This document shows positions 1 to 8,889 of a DNA stretch of 48,201 nt, piece after piece. The notes beneath the pieces were generated by a model. It saw only the letters and a program-made list of their open reading frames with translations, had not been told where the DNA came from and searched no databases. The stretch comes from an uncultured Oscillospiraceae bacterium. GTDB taxonomy: Bacteria; Bacillota; Clostridia; Oscillospirales; Oscillospiraceae. Position 1 is the first letter of the stretch; each line of letters begins with the position of its first letter. The stretch is from contig CALWYN010000005.1 in NCBI GenBank assembly GCA_944385755.1, positions 1-48,201 of the forward strand, given 5' to 3'. The position numbers and the translations under genes are program-made.

Positions 1-87
1 AGAATAGAGAAATCGCTCACCATATACTCAATTCCGGAGGCCCAAAGAGACGGCGAGAGACGGGCGCCTTATTTGTTGTGGAAATAC

Positions 88-462
88 TTAACTCTCTTCG
101 GATGACACGGCGTGGCGCTTCATGGCCTCGAAGGTCTCGTCACTGATAACGTGCTCTATGCGGCAGGCGTCATCCTCGGCCGTCGCCGGGCTGACTCCGA
201 GGGAGATCAGCCATCTGGAGATATAGGTGTGGCGCTCATAAATTTTTCTGGCTATTGAAAGGCCCTTGTCCGTGAGAGTGATGAAGCCGTCCGGCGAGAC
301 ATCTATGCACTCGTTGGCGCGCAGGTTCTTCATCGCTATGCTCACGCTGGGTTTGGAGAAGTTCATTTCATTCGCGATATCTATCGAGCGGACATTGCCC
401 TTTTTTTCTTTCAGTACAAGTATGGTTTCAAGGTACATTTCTGCGGACTCGTGGGTTTTCAT
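88..462 (-). CDS. DtxR/MntR-family metal-dependent transcriptional repressor
   Basis: 124-aa ORF. N-terminal winged-HTH pattern (SAEMYLETILVL...VRSIDIANEMNFSKPSVSIAMKNL) followed by a dimerisation/metal-site helix, typical of MntR/DtxR. Recognised by eye. Confidence 0.85.
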   Translation of the reverse strand: MKTHESAEMYLETILVLKEKKGNVRSIDIANEMNFSKPSVSIAMKNLRANECIDVSPDGFITLTDKGLSIARKIYERHTYISRWLISLGVSPATAEDDACRIEHVISDETFEAMKRHAVSSEES

Positions 463-534
463 TTTTTTCCTCCCGGGAAGACATTAAGTTAGTTTATTTT
501 ACCACATCAGAGGAGAAACCACAAGAATTTAATG

Positions 535-562
535 TTGACTTTTGGGTGTTATACAATATAAT
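535..562 (+). promoter_or_regulatory. sigma-A-type promoter upstream of tgt (TTGACT-16 nt-TATAAT)
   Basis: TTGACT at 535-540 and TATAAT at 557-562, read directly from the sequence. Confidence 0.5.
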
Positions 563-614
563 ATTTCCTTAGCCGCGGCCTGTGCCGCGACTTTTTGTGA
601 ACGGAGTTGATGAT

Positions 615-1745
615 TTGTTCAGGCTTATCAAAACCGAGGGACATGCCCGGCTCGGTGAGTTCACCTGCCCTCACGGGGCGGTGCAGACGCCGGTTTTTAT
701 GAACGTGGGTACACAGGCCGCGATAAAAGGCGCGCTCTCAGCGAGAGATTTAAAGGATATCGGCTGCCAGATTGAGCTTTCAAATACCTACCACCTCCAT
801 GTCAGACCCGGCGACGGGCTTATAAAAGACCTGGGAGGACTGCACAAGTTCATGACATGGGACGGGCCCATACTCACGGACAGCGGCGGATTTCAGATAT
901 TTTCTTTGGCTGAGCTCCGCAAGATAACGGAGGAGGGAGTGCAGTTCAATTCGCATGTCGATGGGCGCCATATCTTTATGGGCCCGGAGGAGAGCATGAG
1001 AATACAGTCCAACCTCGGTTCGGACATCGCCATGGCCTTTGACGAGTGCATAAAGATACCGTCGCCGTACGAGTATGTCAGGCAGTCGTGCGCGCGGACG
1101 GCGCGCTGGCTGGCGCGCTGCAAGGCGGCCCTGGACAGCTTCAATTCCGAGCCGGGGGCGGTGAACCCGGGCCAGGTACTCTTCGGCATAAACCAGGGCG
1201 CGGTCTACCATGACCTGCGCATAGAGCACATGCAAAGGATAGCCGAGCTGGATCTGCCGGGGTACGCCATAGGAGGACTGGCGGTGGGGGAGACCACACA
1301 GGAGATGTACGACACCATAGAGGCAGTAGAGGAGCATATGCCCGCGGACAGGCCCAGATATCTGATGGGAGTGGGCACGCCGGGTAACATCATCGAGGGG
1401 GTATGGAGGGGCGTGGACTTCTTCGACTGCGTCATGCCGGCGAGGAACGGGCGCCATGGCCATCTCTTTACCTGGAGCGGAGTCATTAATATCAAAAATG
1501 CCAAATATGAGCGCGATGAGAGCCCGATAGATTCCGACTGTTCCTGCCCGGTGTGCAGCCGGTACTCGCGCGCCTACCTGCGGCACCTCTTCAAAGCCGA
1601 GGAGATGCTGGCCATGCGCTTTGCCGTGACTCACAACCTGTGGTTTTACAATAAGCTCATGGAGCGCATACGCGGGGAACTTGAAGGAGGGACTTTTGGG
1701 GAGTTCAGGCACAGATACGCAAATGCGCTCGATAAACGGATATAA
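615..1745 (+). CDS. tgt: queuine tRNA-ribosyltransferase
   Basis: Tgt-typical sequence throughout (FELxxxxGxARLG-like N-terminus, TPVFMNVGT, LTDSGGFQ, GYAIGGLAVGE, zinc site CxCxxC...H). The track start GTG 582 lies inside a hairpin. TTG 615 preceded by GGAG (603-606) gives a typical length of about 376 aa. Confidence 0.93.
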   Translation: MFRLIKTEGHARLGEFTCPHGAVQTPVFMNVGTQAAIKGALSARDLKDIGCQIELSNTYHLHVRPGDGLIKDLGGLHKFMTWDGPILTDSGGFQIFSLAELRKITEEGVQFNSHVDGRHIFMGPEESMRIQSNLGSDIAMAFDECIKIPSPYEYVRQSCARTARWLARCKAALDSFNSEPGAVNPGQVLFGINQGAVYHDLRIEHMQRIAELDLPGYAIGGLAVGETTQEMYDTIEAVEEHMPADRPRYLMGVGTPGNIIEGVWRGVDFFDCVMPARNGRHGHLFTWSGVINIKNAKYERDESPIDSDCSCPVCSRYSRAYLRHLFKAEEMLAMRFAVTHNLWFYNKLMERIRGELEGGTFGEFRHRYANALDKRI

Positions 1746-1750
1746 TTTAC

Positions 1751-1779
1751 TTGCAATTGGGAGAACAAAAGGGTATAAT
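1751..1779 (+). promoter_or_regulatory. sigma-A-type promoter upstream of yajC (TTGCAA-17 nt-TATAAT)
   Basis: TTGCAA at 1751-1756 and TATAAT at 1774-1779. Confidence 0.45.
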
Positions 1780-1817
1780 TACAAACACATTCAAATGTTT
1801 CTTGGAGGTCTGAAAAA

Positions 1818-2231
1818 ATGGTTTTGAATTTCCTGACATCTTCAGGTACAAATGCCGGCGGTATGAGCAGCATACTCTTTCTGGTCATTATCTTCGTCGT
1901 GTTCTATTTCTTCCTGATACGCCCGGAAAACAAGCGCAAAAAGCAGCTCAACCAGATGCGTGACAACCTGACCATCGGGGATGAGATAGTCACAATCGGA
2001 GGAATAATGGGAAAGATCGTGCAGGTCACCGAGGACACCATAACCTTCGAGACCGGCGAGGACCGTGTTCGCCTCCAGGTAACCAAATGGGCCATCTCCA
2101 CAAACGTGCGCGAGGAGAAGGCCAGAGCCGCGCAGCAGGCCGCTGCGAGAAACGCAAAGACCAAGAAAAAGAATGCCAAGACCGCCGGCGAAGAAAACAG
2201 CATTGATGAAGGCGGCTCCAAGGGCGAATAA
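1818..2231 (+). CDS. yajC: preprotein translocase subunit YajC
   Basis: Single N-terminal TM followed by FFLIRPENKRKKQ...GDEIVTIGGIMGKIV, the YajC signature. Classical tgt-yajC synteny. Confidence 0.9.
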   Translation: MVLNFLTSSGTNAGGMSSILFLVIIFVVFYFFLIRPENKRKKQLNQMRDNLTIGDEIVTIGGIMGKIVQVTEDTITFETGEDRVRLQVTKWAISTNVREEKARAAQQAAARNAKTKKKNAKTAGEENSIDEGGSKGE

Positions 2232-2250
2232 GCTTTTCAGGAATGCGAGG

Positions 2251-2301
2251 CCCCCTGACGTAATAGGATGTACAAACATCCTAAAGCGTCAGGGGGTTTT
2301 T
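2251..2301 (+). terminator. rho-independent terminator after yajC
   Basis: CCCCCTGACG (2251-2260) pairs with CGTCAGGGGG (2287-2296), followed by TTTTT. An inner small stem sits in the loop. Confidence 0.6.
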
Positions 2302-2303
2302 AT

Positions 2304-2732
2304 ATGCAGACGACAGCGGAGAGGAAACAGACCGGAAAGAGAGGCCTATTGGGGTGGGCAGTGCTGGGAGCCGCCGTTGGGGCGGCCGCGGTTTTTGCGC
2401 TGATGTATATCAGCGCGCTGCTGCTGATAAACGGGAAGCTGACGGAGGACGTGGCTGGCTATGCCGTAATAGCCTGTGTCTTTTGCGGGGCGACGGCGGG
2501 AGGTGCCGCTGCGGCAAAGCGAAGGGGCAGGGGAGAGGCCGAGGCGGGGCTGATATGCGGCGCCCTGCTGGCGGCGATTATCGCCCTCGCCTCGCTTATG
2601 ACTCCGGGGGGAAACCTGTTTACGGCCGCGTTTGTCCGCTATGCGCTTGCCGCGCTGGCCGGTGGACTCTTCGGCGGCACGCTTTGCTCCAAGAGGGGAG
2701 GGGGCAAAAAGCACAGGCGCCGCAGGAGATGA
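2304..2732 (+). CDS. small polytopic membrane protein (TIGR04086/YrzE-like) with a basic C-terminal tail
   Basis: Gly/Ala-rich TM segments and a KKHRRRRR tail. Its position after yajC matches B. subtilis yrzE. ATG 2304 is chosen because the track start 2268 lies inside the yajC terminator. Confidence 0.65.
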   Translation: MQTTAERKQTGKRGLLGWAVLGAAVGAAAVFALMYISALLLINGKLTEDVAGYAVIACVFCGATAGGAAAAKRRGRGEAEAGLICGALLAAIIALASLMTPGGNLFTAAFVRYALAALAGGLFGGTLCSKRGGGKKHRRRRR

Positions 2733-3036
2733 TATTACAAAGGGTAATATTCACACAGAGTAGACATAATCGAACTTTGATTACCAATATGTTGTTGAGC
2801 AGGGGAGGCGCAGACACAAAATATTGTGAATATATGAGGAATATCAATGCGTTACAGGGCGGGAAGTTCATTGAGTTTACATAATATTGTTTACATAATA
2901 CATCGGCATAATTCACAAAAATACTCTTATTTTGACAAAGGACTTGATTACTGATGGAATTTGTATTATATTGTGAACACTGTAGTTATGTTAAGCGAGT
3001 CAACCTTGGCCCCCCATATTTGAGAGGGTTTCGTGG

Positions 3037-3624
3037 ATGAGGGCGGCCGTCAGGTTGCCTCGCGCACGCATGAGTTCCGTGGGGTTGGGACCGGTGCTCC
3101 TCCTGGTGCTCTGCGCCTCTTTTCTTGCTGGCGCGGTGCTGGGGTCGGTGGCCGGCGCGTCTGTCCCGCTTGCCGAGGAGGTCAGCATCTCCTCCGACGG
3201 CAGCGTATATGGCTATGACTCCTTTCTGGGCCATTTATTGGGCTGCGCCAGGTACCATATAGTTGTTGTGCTGTTTGCCACGTCGGTTTTCGGCGCGGTT
3301 CTCATACCGGCGGCTCTGGCTTTCAGGGGTTTTGTCCTCTCCTGCGCTGCGGCCTCGCTGGCCGCCTCGTATCCGGGACAGGGCATATTGCTCACCGCGG
3401 TCGTTTTGGGGCTGCCGGCGGCTTTTACCGTACCCGCGCTGTTTATGCTGGCTTTTGACGGCATGCTGTTTTCTGCAAGGCTTGCCGCTCTTTGTATGAG
3501 GCGCCCGGTTCCGCCTCCATTTCTGCGTGGAGAGGACAGGGCGCTGGTTGCCGCCGCGGCGCTTTTTGTGGCGGCGGCCGTGGAGTGTTTTGCCATACCG
3601 CCGCTGGTGCGGCTGATTATCTGA
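3037..3624 (+). CDS. spoIIM: stage II sporulation protein M-like membrane protein
   Basis: Polytopic 195-aa protein. The FRGFVLS...LPAAFTVPALFMLAFDG...ECFAIPPLV pattern parallels B. subtilis SpoIIM (LKGVVVGF...LPQNLILIPAYL...EAYISPVL). Adjacency to xerD matches Bacillus. Confidence 0.6.
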   Translation: MRAAVRLPRARMSSVGLGPVLLLVLCASFLAGAVLGSVAGASVPLAEEVSISSDGSVYGYDSFLGHLLGCARYHIVVVLFATSVFGAVLIPAALAFRGFVLSCAAASLAASYPGQGILLTAVVLGLPAAFTVPALFMLAFDGMLFSARLAALCMRRPVPPPFLRGEDRALVAAAALFVAAAVECFAIPPLVRLII

Positions 3625-3644
3625 CAGGGAATGGGGGTGTAAGT

Positions 3645-4535
3645 GTGAACGACGACGTCTGTCTGGCCGAATTTGAGAAGTACCTGACCGATGTCAAAAA
3701 GTCTTCCGCTAACACCCTGGCCTCATATATGCGTGACGTCAGGCAGCTCGAGGGCTATCTGTCAACACATGACCGGCCCGGACTGGCCGAGGCCGGCGAG
3801 GACGACCTGGCAGCTTACACGACCTGGATGAAGAACAACGGCAAGTCTGCCGCCACGGTTTCGCGCTGCATAGCTTCTCTTAAGTGTTTCTATAACTTCT
3901 TACAGAGCGAAGGGGAGATTGACGAGCTGCCCACGACAAAGCTCGTGCCGGAAAAGGCCGCCCATAAGCTCCCCCAGATACTCACGAGCAAAGAGGTGGA
4001 ACTGCTGCTTGAGCAGCCCGAGTGCACCGACATGAAGGGCTATCGCGACAGAGCCATGCTGGAGCTGCTCTACGCCACAGGCATCCGGGTGAGCGAGCTA
4101 ATCGGCTTGGACATCACGGATTTGAACCTTGCAGCGGGCATAATCCGCTGCACGAGCAAGGGAAAAGAGCGCATCATACCGCTTTACCCCGCCGCGGTAA
4201 AGGCGCTTTCGGAGTACGTGGAGTTTATTCGCCCGCAGATGATAGCGTCGCCGGACGAGCCGTCGCTCTTCGTAAATGTCAGCGGGGAGAGGATGTCCAG
4301 GCAGGGATTCTGGAAAATAATCAAGTCATATCAGGCGAAAGCGCACATAGATAAGACCATAACGCCCCACACCCTGCGCCATTCTTTTGCGGCTCATCTC
4401 CTGGAAAACGGTGCCGACCTGCATGCCATACAGGAGATGCTCGGCCACGCGGACATCTCGTCCACTCAGGTTTACTCACATCTTGTCAAAAAACAGCTGA
4501 AGGACATATATAATAAGGCCCATCCCAGGGCGTGA
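3645..4535 (+). CDS. xerD: site-specific tyrosine recombinase XerD
   Basis: SAM-like N-domain (LSxNTLASYxRDV) and catalytic R...HxLRHSFATHLLENGADLxxIQEMLGHxxIxTTQIY motifs. GTG 3645 follows GGGGG (3633-3637). The longer track ORF starting at 3492 overlaps spoIIM. Confidence 0.9.
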   Translation: MNDDVCLAEFEKYLTDVKKSSANTLASYMRDVRQLEGYLSTHDRPGLAEAGEDDLAAYTTWMKNNGKSAATVSRCIASLKCFYNFLQSEGEIDELPTTKLVPEKAAHKLPQILTSKEVELLLEQPECTDMKGYRDRAMLELLYATGIRVSELIGLDITDLNLAAGIIRCTSKGKERIIPLYPAAVKALSEYVEFIRPQMIASPDEPSLFVNVSGERMSRQGFWKIIKSYQAKAHIDKTITPHTLRHSFAAHLLENGADLHAIQEMLGHADISSTQVYSHLVKKQLKDIYNKAHPRA

Positions 4536-4537
4536 AA

Positions 4538-4570
4538 TGTGCCGGCCTATGACGCCGGCACAATTTATTT
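4538..4570 (+). terminator. rho-independent terminator after xerD
   Basis: TGTGCCGGC (4538-4546) pairs with GCCGGCACA (4554-4562), followed by ATTTATTT. Confidence 0.6.
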
Positions 4571-4585
4571 CGGGGCGGTTGAAAA

Positions 4586-5539
4586 ATGGAATTTTCAAAA
4601 GATGTTTACGTGGGCATGCTCTGCGCCGGAGAGCTACACAGGGCGGCGGAGTATCTCTCGCGGTTTCCAGAAAAAAGTGGCGAGCTGGCTGAAATGGTGA
4701 GGCGCATGGAAGGCGGAACCGTGAGGCGGGCGGAGGATAGCTGGATCTGTGAACTGGATGGGGCCTATCAGGAATACTACCGCGATGTATTTTGGCGGCT
4801 TACGGGACATGCCGAGGCCGAAAAGCGACTGCTCGGCAGGCTGTGCGCTCTGGCCGGGGCCGATTGCGATTCGGTTGACGGGGCGGAAGAACTGCTGGAC
4901 GGGCTGGTGCGCTGCCGGGGATTTTATTTTCTGGGCGGCAGGACTCAGGGCCGTTACGGGCCGTATATCTGGAGCGACATGGAGCCTCGTGCGTTTGAAG
5001 TGGAATTGCCGTATGGAGACCTGGATTTCATCGTGTACATGATGCGCGACTTCGTGTCCCGCAGCTGGCTGGAATTCATCTCCGCGGGAGAGAGCGGCGC
5101 CGGGGGCTGGCAGCAGGGAACAGAGCTGTACTGTGTCGAGAGTTGCTATGAGGGTAAATTTGATACGCCGGAATTTGATGTCCTGTTTTTAAAGCACGAG
5201 GCCCAGCACGCCTTTGACAGAAAGATGCACCCCGGCCTCTTTTCCGGGGACGTACATACGGCGTGGATTCCGGAATACAGGGCAAAAATTGTGGAACTCA
5301 TGTACTATCCGGACCTGAGCAGATTTGGGCAGTTCCTCGCCGAGGCCAGCGGCGGCGACATGGCAAATACCCACGGCTATGCCTCCTGGCGGATCGTGCG
5401 CGAGCTCTCGCGGCGCATCATGGGGCTCGAATATGTATCCGACTTTGAAAAATGGGAGGGCCGGCTGACTGAAGTGCAGAGCGCGGCCTTCGAATGCCTG
5501 GCCGACAGCGACGGAGAGCTGGCGGAACGCGAGTTGTAG
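4586..5539 (+). CDS. hypothetical cytoplasmic protein with an HExxH...E (gluzincin-like) motif
   Basis: 317-aa ORF with no signal peptide or TM. LKHEAQHAFD, plus a Glu 22 residues after the second His (PEYRAKIVE). I do not recognise a named family. Confidence 0.7.
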   Translation: MEFSKDVYVGMLCAGELHRAAEYLSRFPEKSGELAEMVRRMEGGTVRRAEDSWICELDGAYQEYYRDVFWRLTGHAEAEKRLLGRLCALAGADCDSVDGAEELLDGLVRCRGFYFLGGRTQGRYGPYIWSDMEPRAFEVELPYGDLDFIVYMMRDFVSRSWLEFISAGESGAGGWQQGTELYCVESCYEGKFDTPEFDVLFLKHEAQHAFDRKMHPGLFSGDVHTAWIPEYRAKIVELMYYPDLSRFGQFLAEASGGDMANTHGYASWRIVRELSRRIMGLEYVSDFEKWEGRLTEVQSAAFECLADSDGELAEREL

Positions 5540-5796
5540 CGCCAGTGGAAATTCCGGGGTTCTGTTTCTGAGATAAGCGGCATATATTTATATGCCGCTT
5601 CCGGCCTGTGCGTCGGGACCGGAAAAATGGTTTGTTGGGCGGCTGCAAAGGCCGCAGATATAGCCCCGGCATTCATGAATTGCCGGGGCTATAATTATGT
5701 GTCAGGCACTTTACATCAAGTTTACATGTTACCGCTAGAAAAGTTCAAATACTTGGGGAATAATATTGCTGATTATCTTGGGATTGGGGCAAATTT

Positions 5797-6708
5797 ATGA
5801 AGCAAGCCATAATAGACGTCGGTTCAAACACCATAAGGCTCTCGCTGTACAGCTGCGCGGACGGGGAATTCCGGCCGCTGATGAACAAGAAGGTCACAGC
5901 CGGCCTGGCCGGGTATATCAAAAACGGAGAGCTGAGTGACGCGGGAATACTCGTGGCCTGCCGCGTGCTCAGTTCTTTCCGTGAGTTGGCCGGGAACCTC
6001 GGAGTTGATGGCATAAATGTGTTCGGGACGGCGCCGCTGAGGAATATTGTCAACACCGAAGAGGCGGTAAACACCATAAAGGCAGTCACGGGAATAAACG
6101 TGGACGTCCTGAGCGGAGCAGAGGAGGCCCAGCTGTCTTATACGGGCGCGACCTGGGGAGGTGGAGGGCCACGCTCAGGGTTGCTTGCAGACATTGGCGG
6201 CGGCTCCACGGAGCTGGTTTCCTACTCGGATGGGCGGGTGACCGCGGAGTGCAGTCTGCCGGTGGGCTCTCTGTCGCTGTACACCGAGTATGTTTCCGGA
6301 CTGTTTCCGACCCGTGAGGAGCGGCACGAGATGCTCGACCGGGTTAAGAGGGAAATAGCGAGGGCGGGGATGTCCGCCGGCGGATACATGCACCTCGTGG
6401 GCGTGGGCGGGACGATAAGAGCCGCCTCAAAGCTGCACAGCCGCCTTGCGGGGACTGACCCGGCTGTGCGCATGGTATCAGCCGGTGAGCTACTGGAGCT
6501 GTACAAGAGCATGAAGAAGGGTGGGAAAAAGGCCCTGGAGCTCATCCTCCGCACGGCGCCGGAGCGCATACACACGATATTGCCTGGAATGGCGATACTG
6601 ACGGCCGTGCTCACCGCGTACGGAGTGGAGACGGTGTCCGTGAGTGAACGCGGGGTGCGTGAGGGCTATCTTCTCAGCAAAGTGATTGGGGCTGCGGAAA
6701 ATGCATGA
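5797..6708 (+). CDS. ppx: Ppx/GppA-family exopolyphosphatase
   Basis: ASKHA-fold N-terminus IDVGSNTIRLSLY, DIGGGSTEL and GVGGT motifs. Overlaps ppk1. Confidence 0.9.
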   Translation: MKQAIIDVGSNTIRLSLYSCADGEFRPLMNKKVTAGLAGYIKNGELSDAGILVACRVLSSFRELAGNLGVDGINVFGTAPLRNIVNTEEAVNTIKAVTGINVDVLSGAEEAQLSYTGATWGGGGPRSGLLADIGGGSTELVSYSDGRVTAECSLPVGSLSLYTEYVSGLFPTREERHEMLDRVKREIARAGMSAGGYMHLVGVGGTIRAASKLHSRLAGTDPAVRMVSAGELLELYKSMKKGGKKALELILRTAPERIHTILPGMAILTAVLTAYGVETVSVSERGVREGYLLSKVIGAAENA

Positions 6709-8848
6709 CAGCAGACAGATAGACATCAGCTACAGCCAGGACAGGGAGCTGTCTTGGCTGCGCTTTAACGAACGGGTGCTGGAGGAGGCAAGGGATGAGA
6801 GCGTGCCTCTGTTTGAGAGGTTGAAATTCGCATCCATATTTACCAGCAACCTGGACGAATTCTTTATGATACGTGTGGGCTCAATATACGATATGACCCT
6901 GTCCAAACAGAGCCACATTGACAACAAGAGCGGCTTGACTCCCGATGAGCAGCTTGAGGCCATTTTTAAAGCGGTTCCGGCCCTATATAAGCAGAGGGAT
7001 AAGACCATAACAGAGATAAACTCCCGGCTCAGAAGCTGCAATATATGCTGCCTGAGCCCAAACGAGCTCGAGGGCAAAGAGAAAAAACAGGCAGAACAGT
7101 GGTTCAGGGATAGCATTTATCCAGTGCTCTCGCCGATGGTGATAAACGGGCACCACCCATTTCCGCACCTTCCGAGCAAAAGCCTGAACGTAATACTCGT
7201 ACTGCAGCGGGAGGGCGAAAGGGTGTTCGGCCTTGTGCCGATTCCCAGGTCGCTGCCCGACTTCTTTTGTTTCAACGAACCGGGTCTTAGGTACATTCTG
7301 ACGGAACAGCTGGTTCTGGAGTACGCCGGGCGGCTCTTCCACTCGTATCAGGTGGTGGAAAAGCATGTGATAAGCGTAACCCGCAATGCGGACATAAGCC
7401 CTGAGGACGAGGATTATGACGTGGGAGAGGACTTCAGGGAGCACATGATAAAGGTGCTCAAAAAAAGGAATCGGCTTGCCCACGTCAGACTGGAGATACA
7501 GGGGGACGCCTCTGACGAGGTGGTGCAGTATCTCTGCCGGAGGCTTCAGCTCAGCAGGGAGCAGGTGTTCCACTCCAAGTCACCGTTGGCCATGGGCTAT
7601 GTCTATGGCCTTGAGGGGCGCCTGCCGCCGGAGAGCGCCGCGGCTCTGTGCTATCCGCCATACATCCCGCAGTGGAGCGCCGACCTGGCACGGGGGGAGC
7701 GGCTGATACCTCAGATATTGCACAGGGATGTGCTGCTGTTCTACCCGTATCAGTCGATGGAGCCATTTTTGAAAATGGTGAAGGAGGCGGCCTCGGACCC
7801 CGCGGTTCTGTCAATAAAGATAACCATATACCGTCTGGCAAAGACGGCAAAACTCGTGGAATATCTGGCCGCCGCGGCGGAGAACGGCAAGGACGTGACG
7901 GTCCTGATGGAGCTGCGGGCGCGCTTTGACGAACAGAATAACATAGCCTGGGCCGAGCGGCTCGAAGAGGCGGGCTGCACAATACTTTACGGATTTGAAC
8001 ATTTTAAGGTCCACTCAAAGATATGCCTGATAACGCGCCGCGAGCGCGGAAAAATACAGTATATCACCCAGATTGGCACAGGGAACTACAACGAAAAGAC
8101 GGCGAAGCTGTACACCGATTTCTGCCTTATGACGGCAGATCAGGATATAGGCGAGGACGCGGCCGCTTTCTTCCAGAACATGTCCATCTCCAACCTGAAG
8201 GGGGAGTACCGGCACCTGCTCGTCGCCCCGCACAGCCTGAAGAGCAGGGTCCTGGACATGATAGACGAGGAGATATCAAAGGCAAAGGCCGGCCAGCCGG
8301 CGAGAATTTTTATCAAGATCAACTCCCTCACGGACCGCGACATGATAGACCGGCTGGCCATGGCCAGCCAGGCAGGAGTGGATATCACCATGAACATACG
8401 CGGTATCTGCTGCCTCAGGCCGGGCGTGCCGGGGCTGACGGACCGCATAAGGGTATTCTCGATAGTGGGCAGGTTTTTGGAACATCCTCGCATTTTTGCC
8501 TTCGGGTCCGGACGTGATGCAAAGATATATATAGGTTCTGCGGACCTGATGACCAGAAATACGCAGCGGCGCGTAGAGATAGCCTGTCCGGTGCTTGACC
8601 CGGAGGTCAGGCGGAGGATAGCGGGCTATATCGAACTGTTCTGCTCTGACAACGTCAAGGCACGCAACATGCTGATGAACGGCTGTTATGTGTGCGTGCC
8701 GCGCTCGGAAGGCGATCCAGTCATAAACTCGCAGTCGGAGCTCATGGCCGAGGCCGTGCGCGAGGCCAGGGAGGCAGAGGAGAATAATGTTCCCCGCAGC
8801 GAGGGGCTGGGGCTTTTGCGGAAACTGAAGGAGTTCCTGGGGCTATGA
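6701..8848 (+). CDS. ppk1: polyphosphate kinase 1
   Basis: RELSWLRFNERVLEEA N-terminus and two PLD-like HKD regions (FKVHSKICLI..., FLEHPRIFAF). ATG 6701 overlaps the ppx stop by 8 nt. Confidence 0.95.
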   Translation: MHDSRQIDISYSQDRELSWLRFNERVLEEARDESVPLFERLKFASIFTSNLDEFFMIRVGSIYDMTLSKQSHIDNKSGLTPDEQLEAIFKAVPALYKQRDKTITEINSRLRSCNICCLSPNELEGKEKKQAEQWFRDSIYPVLSPMVINGHHPFPHLPSKSLNVILVLQREGERVFGLVPIPRSLPDFFCFNEPGLRYILTEQLVLEYAGRLFHSYQVVEKHVISVTRNADISPEDEDYDVGEDFREHMIKVLKKRNRLAHVRLEIQGDASDEVVQYLCRRLQLSREQVFHSKSPLAMGYVYGLEGRLPPESAAALCYPPYIPQWSADLARGERLIPQILHRDVLLFYPYQSMEPFLKMVKEAASDPAVLSIKITIYRLAKTAKLVEYLAAAAENGKDVTVLMELRARFDEQNNIAWAERLEEAGCTILYGFEHFKVHSKICLITRRERGKIQYITQIGTGNYNEKTAKLYTDFCLMTADQDIGEDAAAFFQNMSISNLKGEYRHLLVAPHSLKSRVLDMIDEEISKAKAGQPARIFIKINSLTDRDMIDRLAMASQAGVDITMNIRGICCLRPGVPGLTDRIRVFSIVGRFLEHPRIFAFGSGRDAKIYIGSADLMTRNTQRRVEIACPVLDPEVRRRIAGYIELFCSDNVKARNMLMNGCYVCVPRSEGDPVINSQSELMAEAVREAREAEENNVPRSEGLGLLRKLKEFLGL

Positions 8849-8889
8849 GAATACCGCGCCTCCGGCGGGAGGCGCGGTATTTTCATAGC

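Noticed and set aside
780-1712. Long antisense ORF (310 aa) inside tgt. Similar shadow ORFs occur at 11307-12287, 12240-13223, 17146-18261, 27454-28542, 30848-31759, 33916-35340, 38581-39414 and 40293-41132.
   Set aside because: Each lies opposite a gene with unmistakable family motifs. The translations are Arg/Gly/Ala/Pro/His-rich and low-complexity with no recognisable motifs or RBS. This is expected by chance in roughly 60% GC DNA, where stop codons are rare on the antisense strand.
3492-3644. The six-frame track extends xerD upstream to ATG 3492, overlapping the spoIIM-like gene by about 130 nt.
   Set aside because: The extension is Gly/Ala/Arg-rich with no XerD similarity. GTG 3645 with a GGGGG RBS gives the canonical length of about 296 aa.
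5575-5692. Two perfect 12-bp-stem hairpins (5575-5600 and 5660-5692) between the HExxH gene and ppx, considered as an sRNA or repeat element.
   Set aside because: No repetition elsewhere in the window, and no promoter or U-tract pattern defining a transcript. Most simply they are terminator or insulator hairpins. Noted but not elevated.
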